64,000 nt of DNA, from the NCBI GenBank assembly GCA_963744145.1, contig CAVUSO010000001.1, forward strand, positions 352,001 through 416,000, given 5' to 3'. The notes under the pieces are model-generated. The model did not search any database. It had not been told where the DNA came from and saw nothing but the letters and a program-made list of their open reading frames with translations. The stretch is from an uncultured cyanobacterium. Lineage in GTDB: Bacteria > Cyanobacteriota > Cyanobacteriia > Cyanobacteriales > CAWUOF01. The translations under genes and the position numbers were made by a program. Positions within the stretch are counted from its first letter, which is position 1. Every line of letters starts with the position of its first letter. Shown here piece after piece: positions 21,040 to 29,547 of this stretch.

Positions 21040-22305
21040 CTAGGGCAGACTATTCCCATTCGGGCCAATCTGCTTCCCAGCAGTAGGCAATGTTGCCAGC
21101 CAAGCAGTATACTCAGCTTGTTCCTGGGCAGTTGTCAGCGACCCCGCTGCTGGTTGACTGGCTAAAGTAGTATAGGCTTTACCCACAATGTTATTGTCAT
21201 GTACCAGGTTCGCTGGTGCAGCAGTGCTTTTATCAACATAAATCGGGACTGTTTGCCCATCCCGATTAACCACAAAAGCATAATTGCCGTATAAGTAATT
21301 CTCTTGCCATTGTGGATTTTTGTAGAAATTCCAGTAACCAAAGGGAATACGCCATTGGGAATTGATTAGGATATTCCCGGGCGCATATTGAGCGGAGACA
21401 GCGCGATTATTGTAAAGACGCATATGGTGACCACCCGCAATGCCAGCGCCGCTACCCGAGAAACTGATCAAACGATTATTGTAGGCACTAACATAGGCAC
21501 AATTCGGGTTATTGGAAGGACAGTCCCCCAGATTGATCATAGCACTAGTGGCACCAATATCAGCCTTCGGGTCACCGTAGTAATCCCCCTGGATATAATT
21601 GTCATGAATCAAAATCGGCGCATTAGAGGTGCCACCACTCTCATAAGTGCTAATCAAATCCTCACCTTTACTCTTGTAGGGCTGATTGATGATTTCATTC
21701 CAGGCAATCTCAGCACTAGCCTGGTGGATCGAGTTCAATCCGATCGCCTGACCATTGGTATCCTGGACGATCTGGTATCCACCTTTGCCATCACTCAGAC
21801 GTCCATCAATGTTATGTATCCGATTGAAACGTACAATTACGCTTTGACCAGATGCCGGGAAACCCGTACCGTAATTCAAAGCCCGCAGTCCGCAACGATA
21901 GTCTTGAATCCAGTTGTTTTCTACAGTCACACTTTGAAAGTTGCCAGTATCTATAAAGCAACCTTTAGTCTGACCGGCTACATTGGGATTCAGACCAAAC
22001 CCGTAGCTTTGTTGTACAGTCAATTTGGCATTATTGACATACGCACTGATGCCATTACCCTTGGAACGGATGGAACTATTGACAATTATCACCGGGTCAG
22101 TAGTCTGAATGGTTACTGCGGGAGTATTGGGATCGTTGCTTTCCCAATTACCCGAATAGGTGCCACCCTTAGTGATGGTAATCGGCTTGGAATAGGCTGC
22201 TTGAGTTATTGGTACTGGAACTAGATCCGGCGCAGCTAATACCTCGGAGATACCAATACTGCCAAAATACAATAGGAAACAGAGGACGTTTTTGATCAAT
22301 TTCAT
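21040..22305 (-). CDS. Secreted protein, probable right-handed parallel beta-helix (pectin-lyase-like fold)
   Basis: Signal peptide; periodic Asn-ladder motifs (VENNWI, VRFNRIHN, IAWNEIIN, IHDNYIQG, AYNNRL, LYNNRA). Confidence 0.65.
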   Translation of the reverse strand: MKLIKNVLCFLLYFGSIGISEVLAAPDLVPVPITQAAYSKPITITKGGTYSGNWESNDPNTPAVTIQTTDPVIIVNSSIRSKGNGISAYVNNAKLTVQQSYGFGLNPNVAGQTKGCFIDTGNFQSVTVENNWIQDYRCGLRALNYGTGFPASGQSVIVRFNRIHNIDGRLSDGKGGYQIVQDTNGQAIGLNSIHQASAEIAWNEIINQPYKSKGEDLISTYESGGTSNAPILIHDNYIQGDYYGDPKADIGATSAMINLGDCPSNNPNCAYVSAYNNRLISFSGSGAGIAGGHHMRLYNNRAVSAQYAPGNILINSQWRIPFGYWNFYKNPQWQENYLYGNYAFVVNRDGQTVPIYVDKSTAAPANLVHDNNIVGKAYTTLASQPAAGSLTTAQEQAEYTAWLATLPTAGKQIGPNGNSLP

Positions 22306-22441
22306 GGGACTACAAAGTTATAAGACCAACGAAGGATGAGGCTAGATCATATCTTACCTAACTAAATACTCAGTTTACAATTTTTTTACCCAGAGGGATT
22401 ATTCTTAGGCCAATCTTAAAGGAAGCGATCGCGAGAGACCC

Positions 22442-23956
22442 TCAATTTTGCTTGTGTAATTGCTTAAACACCAAGACCCCGCAGCCCAATCCAGTAAAAG
22501 CAATTAGAATCGCTAACCACCATGCGATCCCATTAGCAACGGTGAAACCTTGGATATTGATGCCCAGAAAAGTAAATAAAAGTAAGGGAATACCTAGTAA
22601 ACTGGCAAACAAAGTGAATCTTTCCCTTACTTGTCGAATGGTGATTTCTACTTGACGGATACTTTGGAGTTGTAAAGTTTGATTTTCTGTAGTCAGTCGC
22701 TCCGATCGCTGATGCAGAAAATAATTTTGCATTTCCCGGACTTGGTCAGAAACTTTCTGATATAATTGTTCTAATTGAAAAATTTCTTGCCATTTACCAT
22801 AGCAACGATGGTCAAGCGATCGCTGCATCACTTGGTCAAAATATCCTTGGGCAGTAAACAGAAATAAGCGATCGCGAAGCTCGGCAAAATTAGCTTCGCG
22901 TTGAGTTTCCCGATTAGACTCTGAATCAATTAGCCAATTTTGGGCGATCGCGGTTAACAAAGACATCAAAGTAAAGCGCTGGTGCAAGGTCAATAAAAAT
23001 AATAAAAAGTATTCTTCGCGGTGACGATCGGGCAAAATTTCTCGGAAAAAATCGGTTTCTGGTGCATCAGCTGCTAAAAATGCCCCACCATCTAAGGTAA
23101 ACATAAACCATTGTTTTTCTGCGTATGGTAACAAATGGGGATTATTTTGTTCCCAATTTCCCAGGGGAGGATTATTACCGAGATCAATTTCTAAGAAATT
23201 ACTAAGTTTGTAAACTAAATAAGGGATTTGCTCGGTGGGAATTAAATCTACAAATAAAGCTGTAAAAGGCAGTAATTGTCCTGGTACAGAAACATCTTGC
23301 CACCATTTTTTAGAGTTAGAATCTATCGCACCTGTTGCTAACAAAACTTGTAAAATTTCCGCCAATTCACCCCTAGCATCAGGATGTTCAGTTATCCCAC
23401 CAACATATTCTGGAAAAAAGGGAGAAAAGAGAGTTTCTTGAGTTTGGGGATCTATTCCAGTGCGTTTTTGTGATTGCAATTTAACATCCTGCTGTCCCTG
23501 GATCAAGCGAAAATAATGGAGAAAATTGAGCCAATTATTAACATTGCTACTTTTGGGATGTGCGAGGATAGTGATAAAACCTACCCCTGTTTTAAACAAA
23601 GCTAATTGAACTGCGGTGCTACCTTCTCCCGGTTCACCAAAGCAAAAAGGAATTTTTCCTTGGGGTGAGAGTAAATCCCAATCAGCTCGGAACCCAAACG
23701 CATCGCGCAGAGCATTGTTAATTTTCCACAGTCTGACATGATCAGTGGAGTTAAGATAGTTGGAAACTTGAGCAATTAAGTCATCTTGCCGAAATTTTTG
23801 CTCGTCCCATACCTTGAACTGTTTTTCTTTAACTGATAATTGGGCATTTTCTAGAGCTTGAGTATGAGCTGCAAATTCTTTGGTGTTAAATAAGAAGGGA
23901 TAGACAAAATAGGCAAATGATGCTTGTTTGTCTACAATAGCTTCGGCAAATTTCAC
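22442..23956 (-). CDS. Divergent CorA-like membrane protein
   Basis: Large soluble domain, long helical stalk, two C-terminal TM helices with FLGINI (GMN-like) at the end of TM1. Confidence 0.6.
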   Translation of the reverse strand: MKFAEAIVDKQASFAYFVYPFLFNTKEFAAHTQALENAQLSVKEKQFKVWDEQKFRQDDLIAQVSNYLNSTDHVRLWKINNALRDAFGFRADWDLLSPQGKIPFCFGEPGEGSTAVQLALFKTGVGFITILAHPKSSNVNNWLNFLHYFRLIQGQQDVKLQSQKRTGIDPQTQETLFSPFFPEYVGGITEHPDARGELAEILQVLLATGAIDSNSKKWWQDVSVPGQLLPFTALFVDLIPTEQIPYLVYKLSNFLEIDLGNNPPLGNWEQNNPHLLPYAEKQWFMFTLDGGAFLAADAPETDFFREILPDRHREEYFLLFLLTLHQRFTLMSLLTAIAQNWLIDSESNRETQREANFAELRDRLFLFTAQGYFDQVMQRSLDHRCYGKWQEIFQLEQLYQKVSDQVREMQNYFLHQRSERLTTENQTLQLQSIRQVEITIRQVRERFTLFASLLGIPLLLFTFLGINIQGFTVANGIAWWLAILIAFTGLGCGVLVFKQLHKQN

Positions 23957-24005
23957 TTAAGTTATCTCCTTAGCAGTTTTTTGTCCCTTCTAGTTTATCA
24001 AGATC

Positions 24006-24620
24006 CTAGTAACTAATTTCACTATCAACAAAGTCAATATTTTCGTACAGGAGCGAGAGGGGAAATTTTAGGTCTATACTGGTGATGTGAATTAATGGAT
24101 CGTTTTGAGCAAATTCGGTCGGCTCGATCGCTATTGGTGTATATTGCCAAACCTGATCTCTACGGTTTTGATAAATCTCAATTTTGGGGTAATCTGGAGT
24201 AATGAGAATATAGGTTTGGAGGGTATCAAGAAGCATATAATTTTGTTGTTTAATGTTGCGATCGCGCATTTCAGTAGATGGAGAAATTACTTCAGCAATC
24301 AAGCAGGGATATTGCAAAAAATCCCGAGCATTGCGATCGCGATCGTCACAACTAACCACTACATCGGGATAGTAATATTTGCCTTTTGGTATGCTAACTT
24401 TTGCATCATTGACAGCAACTTTGCAACCTTTACCGCGTAGATGAGGAATTAGAATTGCGGAAAAGTTTGCTGGAATTTGGCTGTGAGGAACAGTTCCACC
24501 TGTCATGGCAATAATTTTGCCGTTTTCATACTCATATCTAATATCTTGCTCAGATTCCCAAGCGAGATATTCTGCGGGTGACATGGTGATCGGATGAACG
24601 CTTTGTGTTTGGGCAATCAT
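24006..24620 (-). CDS. Uma2 (DUF820) family endonuclease-fold protein
   Basis: RYEYENGKIIAMTGG, YYYPDVVVSC and IAEVISPST motifs. Confidence 0.92.
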   Translation of the reverse strand: MIAQTQSVHPITMSPAEYLAWESEQDIRYEYENGKIIAMTGGTVPHSQIPANFSAILIPHLRGKGCKVAVNDAKVSIPKGKYYYPDVVVSCDDRDRNARDFLQYPCLIAEVISPSTEMRDRNIKQQNYMLLDTLQTYILITPDYPKIEIYQNRRDQVWQYTPIAIEPTEFAQNDPLIHITSIDLKFPLSLLYENIDFVDSEISY

Positions 24621-24711
24621 GAAATTAACCTCCTCAATTTACAATACTAAACTTTTTTTATAAACTAGTAATCTATCAACCCAAGTTTCTCCTGTATTGG
24701 GAATAACTAAT

Positions 24712-25305
24712 TTAGCGATCGGCAAAGTTAATATTTTCGTACAGGAGCGAGAGGGGAAATTTTAGGTCTATACTGGTGATGTGAATTAATGGATCGTTTT
24801 GAGCAAATTCGGTCGGCTCGATCGCTATTGGTGTATATTGCCAAACCTGATCTATACAGCGTTGGTAAATCTCTATTATAGGAGCATCTGGAGTAATGAT
24901 AATATAGGTTTGGAGGGTATCAATAAACAGATAATTTTGTTGTTTAATGCTGCGATCGCGTATTTCAGTAGATGGAGAAATTACTTCGGCAATCAAGCAA
25001 GGATATTGCAAAAAGTCCTGGGCATTGCGATCGCGATCGTCACAACTAACAACTACATCAGGATAATAATATACTCCGGTTTTTGTCATCAGTTTAGCAT
25101 CGCTACCGAGAATGCGATATCCTTTACCGCGCAAATGATTTCTCAATAAGGAAATAAACATCAGAGTAATTTCATTGTGATTCAGCGTTCCTCCTGTCAT
25201 TTCAATAATTTCTCCATGTTCGTACTCATATTTGCCATCCTGTTGTGTTTCCCACAGCAAATATTCTTCGGGAGACATAACCTCAGTTTTTACTATAGCA
25301 ACCAT
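24712..25305 (-). CDS. Uma2 (DUF820) family protein, tandem paralog
   Basis: KYEYEHGEIIEMTGG, YYYPDVVVSC and IAEVISPST motifs; 3' part nearly identical to the neighbouring gene. Confidence 0.92.
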   Translation of the reverse strand: MVAIVKTEVMSPEEYLLWETQQDGKYEYEHGEIIEMTGGTLNHNEITLMFISLLRNHLRGKGYRILGSDAKLMTKTGVYYYPDVVVSCDDRDRNAQDFLQYPCLIAEVISPSTEIRDRSIKQQNYLFIDTLQTYIIITPDAPIIEIYQRCIDQVWQYTPIAIEPTEFAQNDPLIHITSIDLKFPLSLLYENINFADR

Positions 25306-25451
25306 AGGAACCTCCTAATTTACAATCCTAAACCTTTTTTCCGAGCTAGCAATCCATCAACCCAACGTTTTTCATCGGTTCCCGTTGGATAGAGAGCTGA
25401 AAATGATTGGGATTTTGGACATCTAACCCAGATTTAGACTTTTCGGGTAGT

Positions 25452-25700
25452 TATACCAATTCACCATGAAGATACATTGATGTATATTGATCTGTGGGTG
25501 AGGGTGGGTTTTGATGATTAGTAGGTAAATCTCAAACATCTCGGTGAACCCACCCCTACAAAAACCCGCAAATAGAGGATAAACTTGGTAGGGGCAGGTT
25601 CACCAGTCAATTCTGTCACCAACAGATCACCATTATAAACCTGCCCTGACCTAACAGATCAACATCAAATTAAGTGCAATTTCATGGTTAATTGGTATTA
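25452..25700. mobile_element. MITE-like foldback element with ATACCAATT termini and internal REP-like palindromes
   Basis: Starts TATACCAATTCACCATGAA and ends TTCATGGTTAATTGGTATTA; internal GGTGAACCCACCCCTAC and GTAGGGGCAGGTTCACC are inverted copies. Confidence 0.7.
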
Positions 25701-25708
25701 GTCATAGT

Positions 25709-26134
25709 TTAAGAGTTAGGGTCATCACTTCCCCAGATTGTCTGAATAACAGACAGCGCTCTAATTTTGCGATCTTTTGTTACTAAAGGCAAACCGAGAT
25801 ATAGAGCGGTCGCTGCAATAATGCGATCGCCCATTTCGGGAACCGTCAACCGAGGAATTTTAGCTAAAGTCCTAGCCACCAAAACATCCACTGGTATAAC
25901 TATTAACCCAACATCAGGATCAGCTAGGTATTGCACAAGCTGTTCTAAAGCAACTTCAGGAATCCTGTTTTTCTCAACTAGATAGGTTATTTCTACCATA
26001 GAGATTGCTGACAGGTAAATCGGATACCCATTATTAACCGCACTATTCAGAGCGATCGCAGCATCCAGTGATAATTTCTCTGGACTTTGGAAATACTAGA
26101 TAATCGCATGAGTATCAGCAACAACAGCACTCAT
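25709..26134 (-). pseudogene. VapC/PIN-domain toxin with a nonsense codon at position 13
   Basis: Reads MSAVVADTHAII*YFQSPEKLS...SAISMVEITYL...DRIIAATAL...LVTKD; TAG at 26098-26096 where the family has Trp (DTHxxIW); ATGA overlap with the antitoxin stop. Confidence 0.85.
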
Positions 26135-26370
26135 AGTTCAATATCCTTGGGAAAATTTCCCCACATCTCACGTCTTGTTTCAGCAAGTTCTTCTTCAGTA
26201 ATATTTATATCTAAATGTGCCCATATTCCTTCTAAACTCTTCCGAGGTCGTTTAACATTAATTCTAGTTTTCAAAAACTCCGCAAAATCCAAAAGTTCCT
26301 GTTGTTTTTCTGGTGGCAATACTTCTAATATTTCAACTACTGTCTGACTAATACTGGTAATCACAGTCAT
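26131..26370 (-). CDS. DUF2281-type antitoxin (start probably MTVITS)
   Basis: LPPEKQQELLDFAEFLK motif, SLEGIW; translationally coupled to the PIN gene. Confidence 0.8.
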   Translation of the reverse strand: MTVITSISQTVVEILEVLPPEKQQELLDFAEFLKTRINVKRPRKSLEGIWAHLDINITEEELAETRREMWGNFPKDIEL

Positions 26371-26551
26371 TTTGTTAATCCTCCTTGGCTGATCAAATTT
26401 GATTTGCCCCAATTTGTTAATCATCAATCGAGGGAACAGGCGAGATATCCATTCCTTATTTAGATTGTAGCAACAAATCTAAATTTTCACCATTTAAGAT
26501 CCCAACCAGAATACTCATTAATTCTCTGAGATCATCAGGAACACGGTATAA

Positions 26552-27012
26552 ATGCAAATCTTGCACTACAAAGTGAAAGAAATATAGATTACGCTCCTCT
26601 ACGTGAATTATTAGCTGCTGGTAAATGGAAAGATGCTGATTGGAAAACTTATGAGCTTGTACTTAAAGCTGCTAATCGTGAAAAAGAAAGATATCTCACT
26701 GGTGATGATTGGGTAAAATTTCCCTGTAAATATCTTCGCACTATAGATCAGTTATGGGTAAAATATTCTGATGGTCGTTTTGGTTTCAGCGTCCAAAAAC
26801 AAATATGGGAGAGTAAGGAAATTGGAGGATATCCCAAGGCTGGAAGTGCGATCAAGCGCAAATTGGGTGATAAAGTAGGGTGGAGAAAAGGAGGCAATTG
26901 GTTGAGCTATGATGACCTAACTTTTAACACCTCGGCTCCCGTGGGCCACCTTCCGTTGTTGGGGGGTTGGTGGGTTTGGGGGGGGTCTCTTCTCTCGCGC
27001 AAAGACTTGTAA
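26552..27012 (+). CDS. Stand-alone GUN4-like domain gene absent from the ORF track; ATG out of frame by 1 nt (pseudogene or assembly error)
   Basis: Frame 1 from 26554 reads ANLALQSERNIDYAPLRELLAAGKWKDADWKT...LRTIDQLWVKYSDGRFGFSVQKQIW...VGWR...APVGHLPLLGGWWVWGGSLLSRKDL*. One extra base after ATG gives MANLALQSERNIDY, the same spacing as MSEIILASEVGIDY in the 614-1357 paralog. Confidence 0.85.
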
Positions 27013-27399
27013 CCTGTAAGATATAACAATTTCAGGCCATTGTCAAGCTTATTTTTGGTACTAATTTCTACGCAAACATCGGCTTTTTCCAAACTCAATA
27101 CCTGGCACTGACCTAGCAACTGGCACGAGTCGTCCGGCGGGAGTCCGTCTAGTCCGTCTGATGTTAAAATAAAAAATCGCAAGATTAGGCCAGGTGAATA
27201 GAACAACTTAAACTAAGAATTATTAAAAAACTGTGCAGCGACTTTTGGGTCATAGCAATTAGCCATCACAAACTTTTCAGCCACTTGATGAATTTCAGAG
27301 TTAGTCGGTTCCGATCGCATTTTTCCCAGATTACCCATTAGAATAATAGCTTTCGCGATCGGACTTCACCGTTAAGGATATTTTGGGGATATCGGAATA

Positions 27400-27593
27400 G
27401 AAGAAGGGCGAAGCATTCGGATATAATATTAATCGATGTAAGTGATTAATTATCGCCCGAATGCTTCGCCCCTACATCCTATTGATCTGCAAGAAGAAGA
27501 AGGGCGAAGCATTCAGATATAATATTAACCGCCCTTCGACTACGCTCAGGGTAAAATGTAAGTGATAAATTTTCGCCCAAATGCTTCGCCCCT
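27400..27593. repeat. Two tandem REP-like stem-loops, the second with a nested insertion
   Basis: GGGCGAAGCATTCGG...CCGAATGCTTCGCCC occurs twice; the second loop contains an extra CCCTTCGACTACGCTCAGGG. Confidence 0.75.
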
Positions 27594-27693
27594 TAGAATA
27601 TGCTATTTTGAGTAGACAGCGATCTACAAGTTCTAGTCGAACTGGGTTTAAAGGCGATCGCTTTACCAAATTTTACCAAATTAGTCCAAATCA

Positions 27694-29547
27694 ATGCCAT
27701 ATTCCAAAAACCCAGAACGTATACCTACTATTGTTGAAGCACTAGAAAATCAATCCGTCGAACAATTAAAAAAACTGATCACTTATTTACCAACCACTCA
27801 AAAGGTTTCGCGTAAAGCTGAATTGGTTAATCTTGTTTCTAATTATTTGAATAATGAAACTAGCTTATACCAACTTTGGCAAAAACTTGATCAACTTCAA
27901 CAAGCAGCAGTAGCTGAAGTTGTTTATTCGTCACAAACCCAGTTTGATGCAATTAAGTTTAAGGCTAAATACAGACAATTACCTAATTTTGATAATTCCG
28001 ATCGATATAACTATAATAGTCAGCCCTCTCTACTCAGGTTATTCTTCTATAGCTATAACATTATTCCAGATGAGATGAAACTACTATTGAAAAAATTTGT
28101 TCCTCGTCCAGTCGATGTTAAACTCATCAGTGTTTCTGAACTTCCTCCCTTCATTAATCAGCGATCGGAAGAATATAATTCTACTACCAAACAATACGAG
28201 CAAAAAGTAACAGAAGTAACCTTAGTGCAACGAGAAATGGAACGTTCTGCACAACAGGATTTGATGGCAATATTGCGTTTAATTAATGCTGGTAAACTAA
28301 CCGTTAGCGATAAGACAAATCATCCTACCGCAGCTACAGTTAAAGCAATTACTGCTGTTCTTTCTGGTGGTGATTATTATATTGATAAAGAACCAGAAGA
28401 GCGTCCACCTTATCAAGAACCAATTGGTCCAATTAGAGCTTTTGCTTGGTCGTTAATTCTCCAAGCAGCAGGTTTAGCAGAATTAAGTGAAAAAAAGTTA
28501 CGTTTGACTAAAGCAGGTCAAAAAGCACTGGTTGATCCACCTGAAAAAACTCTCAAGCTAGCTTGGGAAAAATGGGTAAATAATAAAACTTTTGACGAAT
28601 TGCGTCGGATTGAAACAATTAAAGGACAAACAGGTAAGGGGAAACAAGGTTTAACTGTAACTAGCGAACGGAGACAAGCGATCGCGATTATTTTGAGAGA
28701 TTCGACCGTCAATTCTTGGGTAGAGGTGAATGATTTTTTGCGCTATCTGCTAGCGGTAGGATATAATTTTCAGATCACAAGGAATATAGAAAGTCTGTAT
28801 ATTTGTGATGCTCATTACGGTACTCTTTATGATCCAGATGCTGCTTGGAATATTCTCCAAGGTCGCTATATTCTCTGTCTGTTATTCGAGTATGCAGCTA
28901 CATTGGGAATGCTAGATGTTGCTTATGTTTCTCCGTCTGGTGCGCGTTATGATTATCAGGATTTCTGGGGAGCAGAGGAACTAGAATTTTTCAGTCGCTA
29001 TGATGGTTTGATGTATTTTCGATTAACTCCTTTGGGTGCTTACTGTTTGGGAGTTACTAATAATTATCAACCCGCACCAATAGAAGTACGTCCAGTTTTA
29101 CAGGTATTACCAAATTTGGAAATTACCCCGATCGCAGAGCCGTTAACTGGTGCAGATATGTTACTTTTAGATATCTATACTGAGAAAGTTTCTGATACTA
29201 CTTGGAAATTGCAGGATGGTAAATTGTTGAATGCGATCGCGGAAGGTAATAATATCTCAGTATTCCAAGAGTTTATTCAAGCTAAAAGTGGTAATCTTTT
29301 ACCAGAAACAGCGAGACAGTTTATAGCTGATATTAAAGCACGTAGTCACAGTTTAAAAGATAAAGGGACTGCTCGCATAATTGAGTGTAAAGATGCAGAT
29401 TTAGCTAGGTTAATTGCCAATAATCCACAAACTAAACCTTATTGTATGTTATTAGGAGAGCGTTGTTTAGTTGTCCCAACTACTTCTGAAATTAAGTTTC
29501 ACGATAATTTGATCAAATTAGGTTATAGCTTAGTCCGGTTTAGTTAA
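27694..29547 (+). CDS. Hypothetical protein with XPB/Ssl2-like helicase-associated C-terminal domain
   Basis: 617-aa ORF; FRLTPLGAYCLG...LQVLPNLEI pattern typical of helicase-associated domain proteins; no Walker motifs seen. Confidence 0.6.
   Translation: MPYSKNPERIPTIVEALENQSVEQLKKLITYLPTTQKVSRKAELVNLVSNYLNNETSLYQLWQKLDQLQQAAVAEVVYSSQTQFDAIKFKAKYRQLPNFDNSDRYNYNSQPSLLRLFFYSYNIIPDEMKLLLKKFVPRPVDVKLISVSELPPFINQRSEEYNSTTKQYEQKVTEVTLVQREMERSAQQDLMAILRLINAGKLTVSDKTNHPTAATVKAITAVLSGGDYYIDKEPEERPPYQEPIGPIRAFAWSLILQAAGLAELSEKKLRLTKAGQKALVDPPEKTLKLAWEKWVNNKTFDELRRIETIKGQTGKGKQGLTVTSERRQAIAIILRDSTVNSWVEVNDFLRYLLAVGYNFQITRNIESLYICDAHYGTLYDPDAAWNILQGRYILCLLFEYAATLGMLDVAYVSPSGARYDYQDFWGAEELEFFSRYDGLMYFRLTPLGAYCLGVTNNYQPAPIEVRPVLQVLPNLEITPIAEPLTGADMLLLDIYTEKVSDTTWKLQDGKLLNAIAEGNNISVFQEFIQAKSGNLLPETARQFIADIKARSHSLKDKGTARIIECKDADLARLIANNPQTKPYCMLLGERCLVVPTTSEIKFHDNLIKLGYSLVRFS

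Noticed and set aside
21388-22224. 278-aa antisense ORF
   Set aside because: Lies wholly opposite a gene with a signal peptide and coherent fold pattern; no recognisable motifs
26907-27206. 99-aa minus-strand ORF
   Set aside because: Antisense to the GUN4 3' end, which has strong family motifs; no motifs of its own
26552-27400. Complete DGR cassette
   Set aside because: No reverse transcriptase, Avd or A-rich template repeat found in the window; at most a remote target
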